Assembly: GCA_036172245.1 (NCBI GenBank)
Contig: JAYWIR010000022.1
Location: forward strand, 2,046,001 to 2,110,000
Origin: Raillietiella orientalis
Taxonomy: Eukaryota
Length of the DNA: 64,000 nt
Direction of reading: 5' to 3'
A model generated the notes under the pieces. It did no database searches. It saw only the letters and a program-made list of their open reading frames with translations, and was not told where the DNA came from. This document shows positions 11,001-23,960 of this stretch, piece by piece; the first letter of the stretch is position 1; each line of letters begins with the position of its first letter. Both the position numbers and the translations under genes were made by a program.

Positions 11001-13682
11001 GGAACCTTGGAGCTGAGAGCTTCTATGCTCTAACCTCAAGCAGTAGAAGGAACGGGAAGTAGCTCAATACGAAACAGCCCGCAACTCGCAAAGGAAAACC
11101 GTGGGTGCCATCTGGTGAATAAATTGAAGGTAAAAAGAAGCACAAATCTCTGCAAGTGCCTTAAAGCACTTGCAGGATTTGTCCAGCTGGGGAGATCCAG
11201 TATAGAACTTGATAACAAAATATAGACTTTTGTTGGAACACCAATGGTGTTTTAGCGAAATCTAATAAGTGTCGAACCAACATTTGTGCTTGCCTTTCTG
11301 GGATTTTGAAGTTCACGTACAAAGGCTAGGAAGGAATTCAGGCACAGGATGTTTCTGAGACGGTGTACATGATAATCTGTCTCACGATAGTACAGAAACC
11401 AAACTAACAAATCAGTGTCATCGTCTCTCTTGCGTAAAGCCGTACATAGGAGTTGCTTGATCATGTCATTATGGGGCAAAAAAAAACTTTTTTTTTGAAT
11501 CACCTTCAGAAAATTCATTTGCTAGAGACACGTGATCCAAATTGCTCAAGAAAATCAAATTACCCACGAAGTTAAAAACACCAGAAGATTACAGCGAGGC
11601 TGTAAATCATCTCTTCAGGACCACTGATATGTTTGAATGAAGTCACAGATACGAAAAGTAAATAGTTTCGTTGCGCCAAATGAAAAAAGATATTTTCAGT
11701 GAAGCATCCACCTTTGATTAAAGATCCTGTCAACAAGCAGAAATACCAGATGAGAAGAAAAGCTGCTCATCCGTTCATGCATGAGCGATGTCCATTGAAA
11801 ACATTTTGAATTGACTTCACTGCTGTTCTAACAACGGGAAAAAGCAAATTTTTCAGATCAAATGTAACATTTATTCACAGTTGATCCGAAAAATTGGCTT
11901 TGTTTTCTGTTTCAGAGGACGGTGGATCTCTTGCGAAGAATGGAAATAGTCATGCTGCACACACAACCAAAGGCATAATGTATTTTTCTTTCTGGCGGTT
12001 TAAAAGTTTTACTTCGTGGTGAATTTCCATCTATCTATTGCGTCCTCTTTTTGCGACTCTCGAAAAGCTTCGGGCATTTACCTGCCCAACCGTGTGGGTC
12101 AGAAGTTGATGCGAGGAAGTGGTAGGGAGCAAAACACTTGCCCATGTACCGGCGAGGTTAAGGCGGCGCCTCTTGTGCGCCAAGAGAATTTCATCTCGAC
12201 TTCCAAAAAATCCGACCTAATCATGTGGGACGTCACGCATCAGTAACTAAGGAAACATGTGGCAATCTCTACAGTGTCACTCTGCTGCAGACAAAGATAC
12301 TAAGAAAATGAAGCATTTCCTTTGGAAAGATCCAGAAGACAAAGACTCCCTTCCTGTTGCTCCGCGCGCAGCGGAATCAAAAGCGTTTAATGGTACACCG
12401 GTTCGTGATACGCTCATCGTGTTGCGGAGCTCTTGAATTCCAACACGACTTCCAATCTCGTGGTAATGCTCGGCAACAACTTCCAGGCATTTCAGTGGTC
12501 CTTGCATTTGTGGATTCATGAACTCCTGAATTGCTGGTTTCCGAATTCCAAAGATTTGCAAATAAGGCGCGTTACCTTCCCGCTAAAGTCAAATGTAAGT
12601 GTGAATCTTAGCCATCTCAACTCTGGCCAAGCTTTCGCCTCACCTGACTCTCCCCTAATCGCAGTATCTTCCTCGTTCTTTCGGGAAAATTGCTGTCTTC
12701 TCACCCAACTGCCCCAATAGACGAGACGGTTTGCATGACCGAGCACGGTGACCGCAATGGCTCCTCTGAAAGCAGGATGATAAAGATGTGGTCATCCTCC
12801 TGCTTCGAGGGTCTGGACACACATCAAGTGGAATTTCAGCCGCGTGTGTTTTTCTCCTCTTCATGAAGAGGCATCCGGCACAGAGAAAATTTGACTGAAA
12901 CGTCCTTCTTCTCTTCATCTTAAGGCAGATGATCCCTCCGGCAGTTCGCAGATATGCGTCTTCTGTGCCACTGTGAACGGAACATTTCTAGGCATCAGGA
13001 TTTTCTTCGCATCCATTCACAAGAGTGCTGAAATGCGCCAATGGACGGATGACAGCATTCGGACCGAACGATAGCCCTTTGACGGAGAATGCTCAACACC
13101 TGAGGAACGCTCCAGTCTGAACAACCTCTCTGAGACCTCCCTTGAGAGGCTGCTGTGATCGTTCCTAGCCATGCGTCATAATAATCCTGAAAAAAAAACT
13201 GGGAAGATATTCCTATTGGTACAGAGTCCACTAACCTGTCGATCGATCAAAGTTCATTGAGATGAATATTTACAATCCTAGAAATGAGTGCCAGCACGCG
13301 AAAACCTGAAGCATCGAGAATCTCTGAGGCGTGCTTATGGCGCAGATGTTTCTTTTCTCTGCCATTCTGAGATCTTGTTCCAGCAGCACGATTCTGCCAT
13401 TCACAAAGAGCATGCCAGAGGCCTCTGAAATTGGCTCAAGTGATTGGATGTCCCAAGCAAAGCGGACCCTTCAGATCCCAAGCCAAGTTGGAAGAAGCGC
13501 ACCCCTCAGGTCTCTGATCCCCATTCCTCTTCCAGTGCAATCAGAGTCTGCACCCTCGTTTCCGGAAGGAGGGGGGGAAGGTGGTTGCATCCCCCAACTG
13601 TGCCAGGCGAAACTCGGCGGATTCGCTCCTGTCCCTGCTCTGGGACTAAGGTGCCCCCCATTGTGACAGAGCCGAATTCGAA

Positions 13683-13915
13683 GCTCCTGCACCAGGAGGG
13701 CACCGCCCGCAACTGCTGCGGTGATTCTTCGCGCCCGACGGGCTGTGGACTGGAGCAGTGATAGTGACGACGACGCGCTGCGTGTGCGCCATCGTCACGG
13801 CCCCCGTCATGTGTGCGAGTCGCGGACGCAGGGATGGGATGTCACCATGATGACGGGGGAAGCTGCAAGATGGCCTCACCTGGAAGAGGAAGTGGAGAAG
13901 GAGATCGCCGGCCTC
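13683..13915 (+). repeat. Diverged interspersed repeat, homologous to 33490-33715 (-); probable retroelement remnant
   Basis: gctcctgcacc...gcggtgattcttcgcgc...tggcctcacctggaagaggaagtggag versus gctcctgcacc...gcggcgaatcttcgcgc...tggcctcccttggaggaagaagtcgag. Confidence 0.6.
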
Positions 13916-16129
13916 CAGAGCCAGATCTAGGAGGAAGCATCGGTCGAGACCTGCCCCTCTGCTCTCTTTATCTTTTTTTTTTTTTTATCCTACTGTTCCC
14001 TCATTCGCTCTAGGTCCTTGCTGTTTTCCAAGTTTTCTATTTCTCAAAGAAGGAGCGAAGCCAAAGACGGTGCTTGCCCCATCCCTCCCGTTTTTCCACA
14101 TTTGTTTGTTGTCTGTTCACTCCCGTTCCGGACTTTTAGCGATTCCGACGTTGTCTTCGATTGGGAACCAGCGTGTTCCCGACTGGTTTATTTCTATTCA
14201 ATGAACCCCCCGGCGTGACGGGTGATAAATCTCCATCCTTTCCACCGATGGATGCAAAAATCAGAAACGCAACAAAACTAAGGAAAAATGCCAGTTTGGT
14301 GATGCAGACACTGAAATCTGTCCCCCAAACTCCTCGCAAGTTCCATGAGGGTTCAGAAACAGTCTTTAAAATGGCCGGAGAATAGTCATCTGGCAGTGAA
14401 GGAAAGAGAAAGAAAGAATCGACGTTAGTCAGACAGTGAAAAAATCCAAGAGAGGATACACTCTCAGAGGATGTGGGGAGGGGCGATTCTTTCTATCAGA
14501 TGCTTCAAAGAACAGGCTGTGATCATATCCCTACAACTTCATTTCAGACGGATGAGGAAGAAGTTTCCTTAATTTGGTCCTGCTAGTTGTTGTGAAAAGT
14601 TTGCAAATCAGCTGCCCTCTTCTTAGAGGCGCCTTTTCGAGAGGAGGCACGGAACGTGCCAAGTCAGAGACTTTCAGAAAGGAAAGGGATGATCACCGGG
14701 AAATAGTAAGAACCCGGACCGCATGATAACTAATGAGTCAAACTCTGTTTCCTGCGTGAAACACGGAGAACGGTCAGCTCCAAAGTTTTTGAGAAGCTGG
14801 AAAATCCGGAAGAGGCTCGTAGTTACAGCGCTAGAGGCAAGGCAACAGCAGTCTACTCTCCCGGTGCAAAGATGGCGACCCACTTTGGGGTGCTTCCTGA
14901 CTAGGCCGCTGAATTTTCCTTTCATAACGTAAGATACTCCGCGACTTTCTTATTCACGTCTCCATTCTGCTCTCGACAAGCAGAACGTCAAACAAGCTCA
15001 AGAGCAGCGCTTCCTGTCGAGTTTCCTCCACTCTGGAGAACCCTGCAGAGGAGTCTTCGGGCATCCATCTGGGACAGACTGATATCTCATCTTTTATTCC
15101 AATCAATGGAAGAACTGAATTTGCAAAATTCCAACAGAACTGAAAAGAGAACTCTCTGGAGAGAATTGCCATGACTTTCCGTTGTTCACAATCCCGAGAG
15201 CACTTCCATCCCTGTGTACAACCAGTGTGCAGTTATTTCGATTTCCCTAGTGGCTTTCCCACTGAGGGATGTGCTCCTTCACGAGAAATTTCCTCATCAG
15301 AAGACGGAGGACCTACTGAGAATTTCCCACCGGCGACGGTGGAGAAATTTGGATGACCACGAAACTCATCCAGTAAGCTCTTCCGTTTCCGATCCTCTTA
15401 ATTCATTTCTTGATGCCTTCTAAGCCGGATCCACACCTTCACTTCCTTCAAGATGCCCTGCAGCTATCTGCTCTTAAGGAAAGGAGGAAAGGCGAGCGTG
15501 CAGGCGATTCGGCTTTATTTTAAAGCTGTACGAAAGAGGGAGGAATGTTGCCAGACGATCTCGACTGCTGCTGACGACGGATGGAGCAAAGTCTTGCTAC
15601 AGTCTCAGCGCATGAATCTGGGTTTCCCAGAGCTGACGAAAATCGAATTTCGGAATTTTCGAGGAAATTTGACAAAAGCGAAGACCCGAACAAAGTGAAT
15701 GCCCATCATCATCCCAACTAGAACTCGTCGCGTTCGAACTCCATTACGAACCAGACCATGGCGGACCGTGATTCCTCAGGTAACGTGAGGCACATCAGAA
15801 GGGAAGCGTGTGGTTAGCAGTTCCGCCACTTGTTCCCTACCCACGAGTGGCATCCTTCCGCTTGCTGTGCCTTAGCCACTTCCTCATCCACCTAGTATTG
15901 AGATTTTTATCCCGATGCCTTCAAAAAAAAACTTGTCATTGGAAACAAGCAATGAGGAAAAAGGAATACGTGAAATACTGGCAGTAGCAGCACGTCCCGG
16001 TGCCAAAACAGGGAATCACTAGAAAGGCAGGAAGAACATCTTCTGTGAAAGAAAACCCAATTCCTGAAAAGCGTGCGCGAACGAAATACTCCTGATGCGC
16101 TCTCTTCGAAGGATTTTGTCCGGACGAGG

Positions 16130-16420
16130 AAGCTTTTCCAAAGGCATCAATGCCCACGTGGACCAAAGTGCCTTCAGGAACAAGGACACTGAGGAAATCC
16201 ACGGCGTTTCCAGTTTCTTCGTTATTCCTATCCACACTTTGGTCAAGTCAGGGACTAAAATTGTCCTTTCAGTCACTCCAAATAGGCACTGTTCATCGGA
16301 ATTTTTAAAGTCTTCGAAGCTAGCAAAGTGCATCCCACCGCAACTCCTCCTGCAAGAACTGGGCGTGAGATTGGATCGGCACTTCTGCGCGTTCTCCGAT
16401 GATGGGCACGTCGATGGTGA
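16130..16420 (+). mobile_element. Possible decayed non-LTR reverse transcriptase remnant
   Basis: Frameshifted traces WTKVPSG... and ELGVRLDRHF resemble RT motifs VxSGVPQG and DLGVxIDxxL; very degraded. Confidence 0.25.
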
Positions 16421-18149
16421 AGGTTTAATTCGAAACCGAACTGGCTGCTACTGAAAAGACGCGGCTCAGTAGACAACGTGTGGTTGGATTCACCACTTAG
16501 CATCTCTCTCTTCGCATTATTAAGTGGAACCAACCAGCAGTTTGGGGAAATGGGCAAAGAACGGCAGTGAGCAACAGCGAGGGTGTGACTGAGGACATAT
16601 TTCTTCTGAGAAGGATGAAACAAAAGATGTGCAGTGAAAATCGTGCCAGCGGCCGTCTACCACCTGTTTTACCTACTTAGTGCAGACTCTAGGAGCGTCA
16701 ACTTGCAGACCCGAATAAATAGACAGTGGATTCGAAGAGTGGATATGGGTCTGTCTGAGGAAGTCAAGTGTAAGGGGAAGGGTTGTTTTCCCGCCTCCTC
16801 CTTACTCTCCTGAAATCCGTCATGTGTCAGCTCTCAGCCAACGACGTAGAGACTGTACGAGTCGAGGAACTGGTGCCAGCTCTAGAAAATCTCTCCCTCC
16901 TTTCCCCTTGTATTTTCTCCCGTGACCTTCTAAAAGAATCTACAAAGATGCGTTCGTCGATTGCTTTTGGTCTTTAATGGTCGTTTAAGAAAGAGGTCCG
17001 ACCTTTGAATCAGCTCCCGTGATCAGAAGTATAGGTCAAACCTTTGGGGGGAAAAAAGCGAAATTTTGACAAGCCACGAACCGACTTGTCATCCAGCATC
17101 TTTCTCATCTTCGAACGCCACGTGCTTCGTCTCTGAAGAACGCGGAAACACTTATGAAATCAGAACAAGGAACCGACAGGAGCAGACGTTGGCCGGTTTT
17201 CGTACGTAACAGAATCCCGGTTTTCCTACGTCGCGTCAAGGAGGACATTTGCAGTGATTTCGCGAAAGAGTGGCTTCCTGCTTCGCTAAGTTGGATGCTC
17301 GGCGTATACCGTGAAGAGGAAAGAACTCTGAATACCTCTGGCAGCTGAATTTCAGGGGTAAGCTACAAAGGACAACAGGGAAACGGATCTTTCGGTATCG
17401 CACCGGAGCGATGTGGTCTGTAGGGAGGCCATCTGCTTGGGACATATCGGTCCATGGTGACTCCAGCCTGATTGGGATACGTCGCAGATGCCCAATGAGT
17501 CTAGAAACCTTCCTCCAGCAATCAGCGCTAAGATCAAGGAGTCGGCACCTTCACAGTTGACCCGAAGGGTATTGGCAGCGTTGGAATTTAGGAGCAAGGA
17601 TTCCATTGGAACCTATTTGAGGGAGGAACCGCTCTTGTGGAGTACAGAGTTACCAGTGTGAGAAGCGGCAGTGAAGATTTTCTCGGCGAGAACCCTCTGC
17701 AGATCGATGAGGTGATAGAGTAAGAGATAGGAGAAATGGTCTTTGATCACAGGTTTGAACTCATGCTTCACAGGAGTGCCAACATTGGGTTGGTATGGAA
17801 GAATTAAATTAAAAGACAAAGAAATCTGGCATGAGAAATTCTTGGAAATGAAGGTTATGAACTGGCAATGATGCGGTGAGCGCGTTGGATGCTGCTCAGC
17901 AAGATCAATTCTACACTCGCCTTCCCATTTCAGTCCCTCCATCTGAAGCGATGCTGGAGCCCATTAAATCGGATTCTGGCTGACACGCCAATTTTCGAAG
18001 CATCTGGTAACTTTGCTTTCTGAATGTCCTCTCTCGTAAATTTCCGTAGTAGATAAGCAAACAAGAGGGAGTTCCGGCTGCTCCCAACGCAAGGACAGAC
18101 GCAAGGAATTAGAAAGGAAAATCGACTCCGATTGAGCCTAATGTAATAA

Positions 18150-19050
18150 TCGGTTTAGGGACGAAGAGCGAAGTCCGTTGGAGTCACAACGGGAGCTCGG
18201 GACTGGAGACGCAGCATGTGTGATTAACAGCCCCGATTTACTCGGGATGCCGAAGAGAGAGCGCCTGTCGTTATTTGGAAACCAGAACACATCTCGACTT
18301 CCGGGGAACATCGTGAAGAGTTTCTTTGGAGTCACCAGAGAGGCTGCTGAGATCCGGTTTCGGTCGTCCCGATGGGCAGATTCGCTCGCGATCACTCTCA
18401 CGGCCCCCACTGCTCTCTCGCTCGTTCTTCTCTGGAACCATGTGGCTCGAAGTTTGAAATGGACTGAACACCGGGCAAGCCTTCTGCATCCAGCTCCCAG
18501 CATCCCAAGAAGCTTCGAAATTTTCAGAGCTTTTTTGATCTTTCAAGTCATTTTCGAGGTCTTTGACACTTTTAGGAGCCCTTGCGGTGTCCAAGGAAAA
18601 AAAATAGATGTGAGAGATATGGTATCTTGTTGTGGTGTAAGAGATGCCTGATATTTACTTCTCACAGGGAATGGAAATCCTGACCACAGTCATCCCATTA
18701 GAAAGAACAGCAGCCATATATGTTCCCCCTTGCGTGTCTCTTGAGAAGGTTACCATTTCTGGTATGGAATCTTAGCTACCAAAAAAGGGCATGGAAATCG
18801 ACGAGTCACGTCAACGATCCTTAGCCAGTCCCAGTTGCAAATTGCTTCCCTGTGTCACCTCACTGGGTGAAATATGGATAGATTGCGCATAGGGTCGAGA
18901 ACTTTGAAGTTCAACCCTTTGGCGCTCGAACGTGGCAAGCTCTGGCGTAATCCCGGGTTGCAGGTGACATGCTGGCACAAGTTCCTGGGGAATGCAGTCG
19001 GGGGAAGAGAACGTCCTTATCTTCAAGCAGATGAACAAGGGAGAGGCGCT
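18150..19050 (-). mobile_element. Decayed CR1/Jockey-group LINE reverse transcriptase fragment
   Basis: Collinear traces RQRVELQSS...SEVTQGSNL (cf. RxQRVxxNG...SGVPQGSVLGP), SVKDLE (cf. VKDLGV), ACPVFSPFQ...FQRR (cf. CSPVWSPxQ...VQRR); many frameshifts and stops. Confidence 0.45.
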
Positions 19051-22000
19051 ATTGTAACAGGTGCCTCACCATTGATCAGAACGACCTCTCACCATGATGG
19101 AAGCGGTGAATTGAGTTTCGATGAACGCAAGAGGGAAGGATGCAGAGACTCGAGATTTGAGGGTGATTGGGAAGAAATGTTCACTTGGGTCGTTCAGGAG
19201 GAAAATTTGACTGACTTCAAGTGGTACAGGGTGAAGTCTCATCTTGAAAGCAGACAACATTTGGCCCTTTCTTTTTCCAGTCGCTGAAAGAATAGATCCA
19301 GACGTGGAGAAGGGATTAATTGCCGTGTCGTGTGAGTTTTGCAAGGATCCCTACGTTCCGAAACTTGGGAAAGAGTTACCTTGGGGATAATGAAATGCAT
19401 TCACAGAGGGATTAGTGCTCAAATAGTTGGTCTTTCGTTCGCACCAGTCATCCATTAAGGGGGAAATATTCATGGTAACGGCCTCTCAGCCAAATGAAGT
19501 ACTGTTTGTGATCTTAGATCAGCGGAGGCAGGACCATTATCAGTATTTAAGCTGTGCCGTTTGCTCAAATAGAAAAAAATAAGCAGCTAGAATGTTCCCA
19601 AGGGAGCCAAAAGGCCGTAATTGTCCTAATGATTGATTAAGAGTCAACTTTAGCTGCTTACATCGAAAATGCGATATGAGAACTGCAGTGGAGCTCCGCG
19701 ATGATTAGGTGATGCAAGATGGAGCCTGCGTGAAGAATTTTGAAGCTTTGGGGGGTGGGGGAGGGTTTGCAAAAATTACTGCGATAATAGGATCAGTAAG
19801 GGTGAGACATGGGGTTGGCGATTCTCCACTGTCAAGACTTGAGTGACCTACGCTGGAGCGCGTTGAGTGAGACGCGGATGAATGTGCTGTTTGGTGACGG
19901 GCACATGTGAGGTGTTCCTGGGGAAGGGTGGACAAGGGCCGACTACGATTAGCAAGAGAGTCGAAGCTTGTTGCTGCCTGACTGACTGTTTTCGCTATGG
20001 GATGCGTTGGCACGCGGATGGAAGGCATGGGAGCTCGGAGACACGGGTGTTGCTTAAGAAGGTTTGAGAAGTGCTCGAGTAGGGTTTCTCCTTCCATCGG
20101 GCGCCGAGTTTATCGCTCGCTGCATGGGTTATCTAGGATCTGGATTTAGGGTTAGGATGTCCCATTGGAAATGGGTTTGCTTACTGAACTTTGCCCGGGT
20201 ACGCGCTCATTGGGAAGCTGAGTGTCATTAGAGGTCAGCTGTTTTTTTTCATTAGGGAGAGAGAAGCTTTCGATTGTGATTTATGCGATGTTACGGTATC
20301 AGCGAATAGAAAAGGAGCGTCCCTTTCGTTTTGCGGTGGTGGACCGATATGCCTTCAGACAGATCCGTGAAGGGGGAACTCGGCACTTTGATCGAAAAGC
20401 TGGCAAACATCATCGTTGTCAGATTCTTAACTCGGGTCATCGAGCGATACCGCCGGAGACGGTCTGTTCGGAATGACTTGTTAAAGAGCTCAAGAAAAAA
20501 CGGCGCATCGCTCACCACACATCATTCATGATTTCGCACGTTTGTATCGGCGGAAATGACGGCAGCGGATGCTACAGGTAGCATCCACTGCTACTGTTTC
20601 CGCCACTACTTCCGGGTTTTGCAATTGAATGTGATGGGGATGATGAACAGCATTCGAAGCAATGAGTGAGCGCTGCCAGTCTCTTAATCAGTCTCCTCAT
20701 CTGCGAGGTAAGCTTCTTAGCGAGCCTCCTTGCAGTGATAGCTATTGGATAAGAGTGTACTGGCTAATCGAAACGGACTTTTTTTCTTTTGCCCTTCGTA
20801 GTTTGGTTTTTGATGACAAGATACGCACAGTTATGTCAGGGTGATCTCTTCTCAGTATGTTGCATTCTCAGGGTGGCGTATTCTTTCCATGTGACTGCAG
20901 CGCATCGAGTTGAAGTGATCTGAAGTTTAGTTCTTACGGTCCAATAAGTGTTGGTATCTTGGGTATTATTCGTACGGTAGCATTAAGTGGGAAAGAGGAT
21001 AGGCATTTCGTTGATAGGGATGTATTGGCTGTTGTTCACGCATGAAGCACATGTTCATGGGTTTTAATTTGTGATAATGATGAGAGTGACCTGAACCCAG
21101 CTACTCAGTTGAAGGACTGAATGAACACCAGAGACTGAGTTGGTGTCTAAGACTGTTCGAACCCTATTCTCGCTTCAGTTTGGGTTGTTTCAGGGTTTCT
21201 TCTGTGGTTCGGTTTTGCAGTATCTTGATGAAAGTAAAGGATGACAGCGACTGTAGGGATCCACTGTTATGTGCTCTGAGGTTTTATGGCAATTCGGCGT
21301 AGATAGTAAAAGTAATGAAGCAACTCATTCAAGAAAGCTAGGAAATGCTCGCCGAATTGCTGGAATTGACCACATTGAGGTAACAGATTCATTCTTTTCA
21401 GTCACTGACACATTAGCTCATAGACTTCTCAAAGGTATGACACTCCTGCGTTGAAGGCTTTCTGCTGTGAGTTCTGTTTATGACGGCCATTTCGACAGTC
21501 TAAGGGTCTCAGAGCACCCATTTTTTGATTGTCCTCTTTATCACGTTAGAATAAACGGTGCTTGGGATAGGGCTGATAGTTTGTAAGAGGTAAAACAGTA
21601 GTAATAATGACTGTGGTGTACAATGTAGAAATGATTTTCAGTCAGTCTGAGGTGGGCAGCACGTGAAGGACAAGCAAAGGTGGGCTGTGATATCGCCTTG
21701 ACCTATTTTCGGTAAGTGATTGAATGCAGGGATGGTGATGTTGTGTGATGATTGCGCTTGAAAAATGACCTGTTTGCGATGAGAATTGCTACCGACTGGA
21801 TGCTTACAGAGATGCGGTGTGGATGACAGCAGAGTCGCCTTTGATGTCACGATGCCTTCAAAAATAACGAATGAGTTCGTAGTGATTCATGAGGCTGGGA
21901 CAAAAAAGGGTAGCTATGTAATGTAGATAAGTAGAGCAAGCAGCGTGGATCAACTTGGCGATGTTTTGGCGAGCCGAATGGAAGATTACATTGCAGCTCC

Positions 22001-22754
22001 GAGCCGAGCAGACTTCGTACCTCGTTCTGTCCAATACTTTTACCTCGATTCTGGTCCAGTGATGTCACAGCTCTTCAAAGAGTTGGCGTTTTCCTGGAGG
22101 TGGGCTACTGGTTAAAAAAAAAATCGAGCGATCAGATACTATGAAATTGAAAGTTGGATTCCTTAGTGGCTCTAGAAAAGGAAGCCATGACTGAAGACAG
22201 AAACACCAAACGTGACCAAACTGACCAAAAACGAGAGCAGCTCCTTCGATTGCTACATATCTCCCAGCATTCCCGGGATCAATTCAGCAGTGGTCCGCGC
22301 ACGTTGAAGGGTAGAAATGGAATTGGAATCCGAAAACGAGTCAAACAAAAGATGGGAGATGGGGAACCTAACTGAGATGACAATGCGAAGAGAGTGAGAA
22401 ATGTTCACGCACCAAGCGTGATCAGGTTGATCATTCGCGCCGGAACAGAGAAGGGCATGTTTAACACACTTCAAAAAAAGATCCTCCTTGCCTTCGTTGG
22501 CATTTTCCTCTTTTAGGAGCTTTTTTTCCCTCTCTGGGAGCCTCATCAGCCCATATTCCCTACCATCCAGAGTTTACTATAAGTGTGATATGAAGCTCAG
22601 GTAGCGGTGACCTCACTCCTTCGTGAAGCACGTCGTGACCCAGATCGAGAAGCTTCCTCCCTCACGGGAGAAGGACGCACTCTTGAGAGCGGAAGTTTTT
22701 TGGAACTCAGAGCTTTGGAGGCTGTTGGAGAAGAGTCACGGAGGAACAGTTATT

Positions 22755-23160
22755 TTATCGAAATTACTGCTCAAAAACACCAGTTATTAACTCCCGACCA
22801 CCCATAGTTTCATGGACTTTCCAATATTAATCACCCAATGCCTATCAACAAAACGCTATCCTCAATACGATTACTCGAAAACTCCCATAATCGGAATCAC
22901 GATGAAGAAATAATTCCCCAATCCATCCCAACCTAAAATAATTCTCACCATTCTACCACTCATAATTAATAATAGCATTCTTACTACAAACCACATTAGT
23001 AGAAACATAAAACGTTTCTTTCTCCATTGCACATACTCCCAACTATGCAGCATATCTAAAAAAGACACAGTGATAGCGTAACTCAAACAGTAGACATTTA
23101 TAATCCAGAATAAATAACATCCCTGCTAATCTCATAATTAATCATCCCATTAATATGACC
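22755..23160 (-). pseudogene. nad5: NUMT: nuclear copy of a mitochondrial NADH dehydrogenase subunit 5 (nad5) 5' fragment
   Basis: AT-rich island; read in the invertebrate mitochondrial code (AGA=Ser, TGA=Trp, ATA=Met) it gives HSWEYV..KRFMFLLMWFVVSMLLLIMSGSMVSIILGWDGLG then, after a frameshift, IIS...SNRIEDSVLLMGIGWLMLESPWNY, matching ND5 motifs GWDGLG and SNRIGD; frameshifts and internal deletions. Confidence 0.88.
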
Positions 23161-23599
23161 CCACCAGTCCACGGATCGATACTCTCGCGAACAAACAAAG
23201 GTACACTTTCGTGGTCAACTTCAGACACTCTGACTTGTCTTCGGATTTTTCGAAGACCAGGTTCAGTAGTCAGCTGGCCTTAGACCCTCAGGCATCCCTT
23301 CCTCCGGAAATAAGGTTCCTGTAAGGGAAGGTGATCGCAATGGATTACTTGCGTTTGGAGAGTTCGAGAAGAGTGCATGACCAAGCGGAAGGTCCCATTC
23401 CTCAATTTACCACGAAATCTCGACTCTGGCGTCCAACAGTCGGTGTCCGAATCCAAAACAGGTGCAGAAAGCCTTCATGGTCAGATTCCCTCAAGCAAAG
23501 GCGGGTACCGAAACAGAGCAGTACGTGACGCGCGAATGCAGCACCTGTGAACAGATCACTCGAAAAGCCACAGAAAAATCCCGACCTTAACTCCATTAT

Positions 23600-23960
23600 T
23601 TAGACCAAATCCAACGAAGAGACTCAAAAAAGAAAAAAATGGGGGCATCCAGGAATTCCCATCCTCCATCCAAATTCCAAGAGCCGAATGCATGCCTATA
23701 GGCTGCTTTCAAAAGCAATGGATCTCTCGAAGCATCTGGAACTGCCTCTTTGGAAAGTGGTCTCCCGATAGAGCAAGTCGAACCAGCATTCTGGATCCTT
23801 TGACAGGGTTGCAAATTGTACAGCTGAAATGCCATTCCTGGGAAAGTCAAAGAGGAAGGACTCTTTTAGTATGAGGTTTGAGGCGGTCTTTTCGGACAAT
23901 TTCGCAAGGCAAAAGAAGACCTCCTGAGGACTGACGAACTTCCACTCTGGTGTCGTCATC
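23600..23960 (-). mobile_element. Possible decayed LINE reverse transcriptase N-terminal fragment
   Basis: FVSPQEVFFCLAKLSEKTAS resembles the pre-RT motif VxxxEVxxxLxxLxxKxAxGxD; downstream similarity is weak. Confidence 0.3.

Noticed and set aside
19700..22050. Long G/T-skewed tract suggesting a second NUMT or a retroelement body
   Set aside because: I could not recover any mitochondrial or retroelement protein motif; strand skew alone is insufficient.
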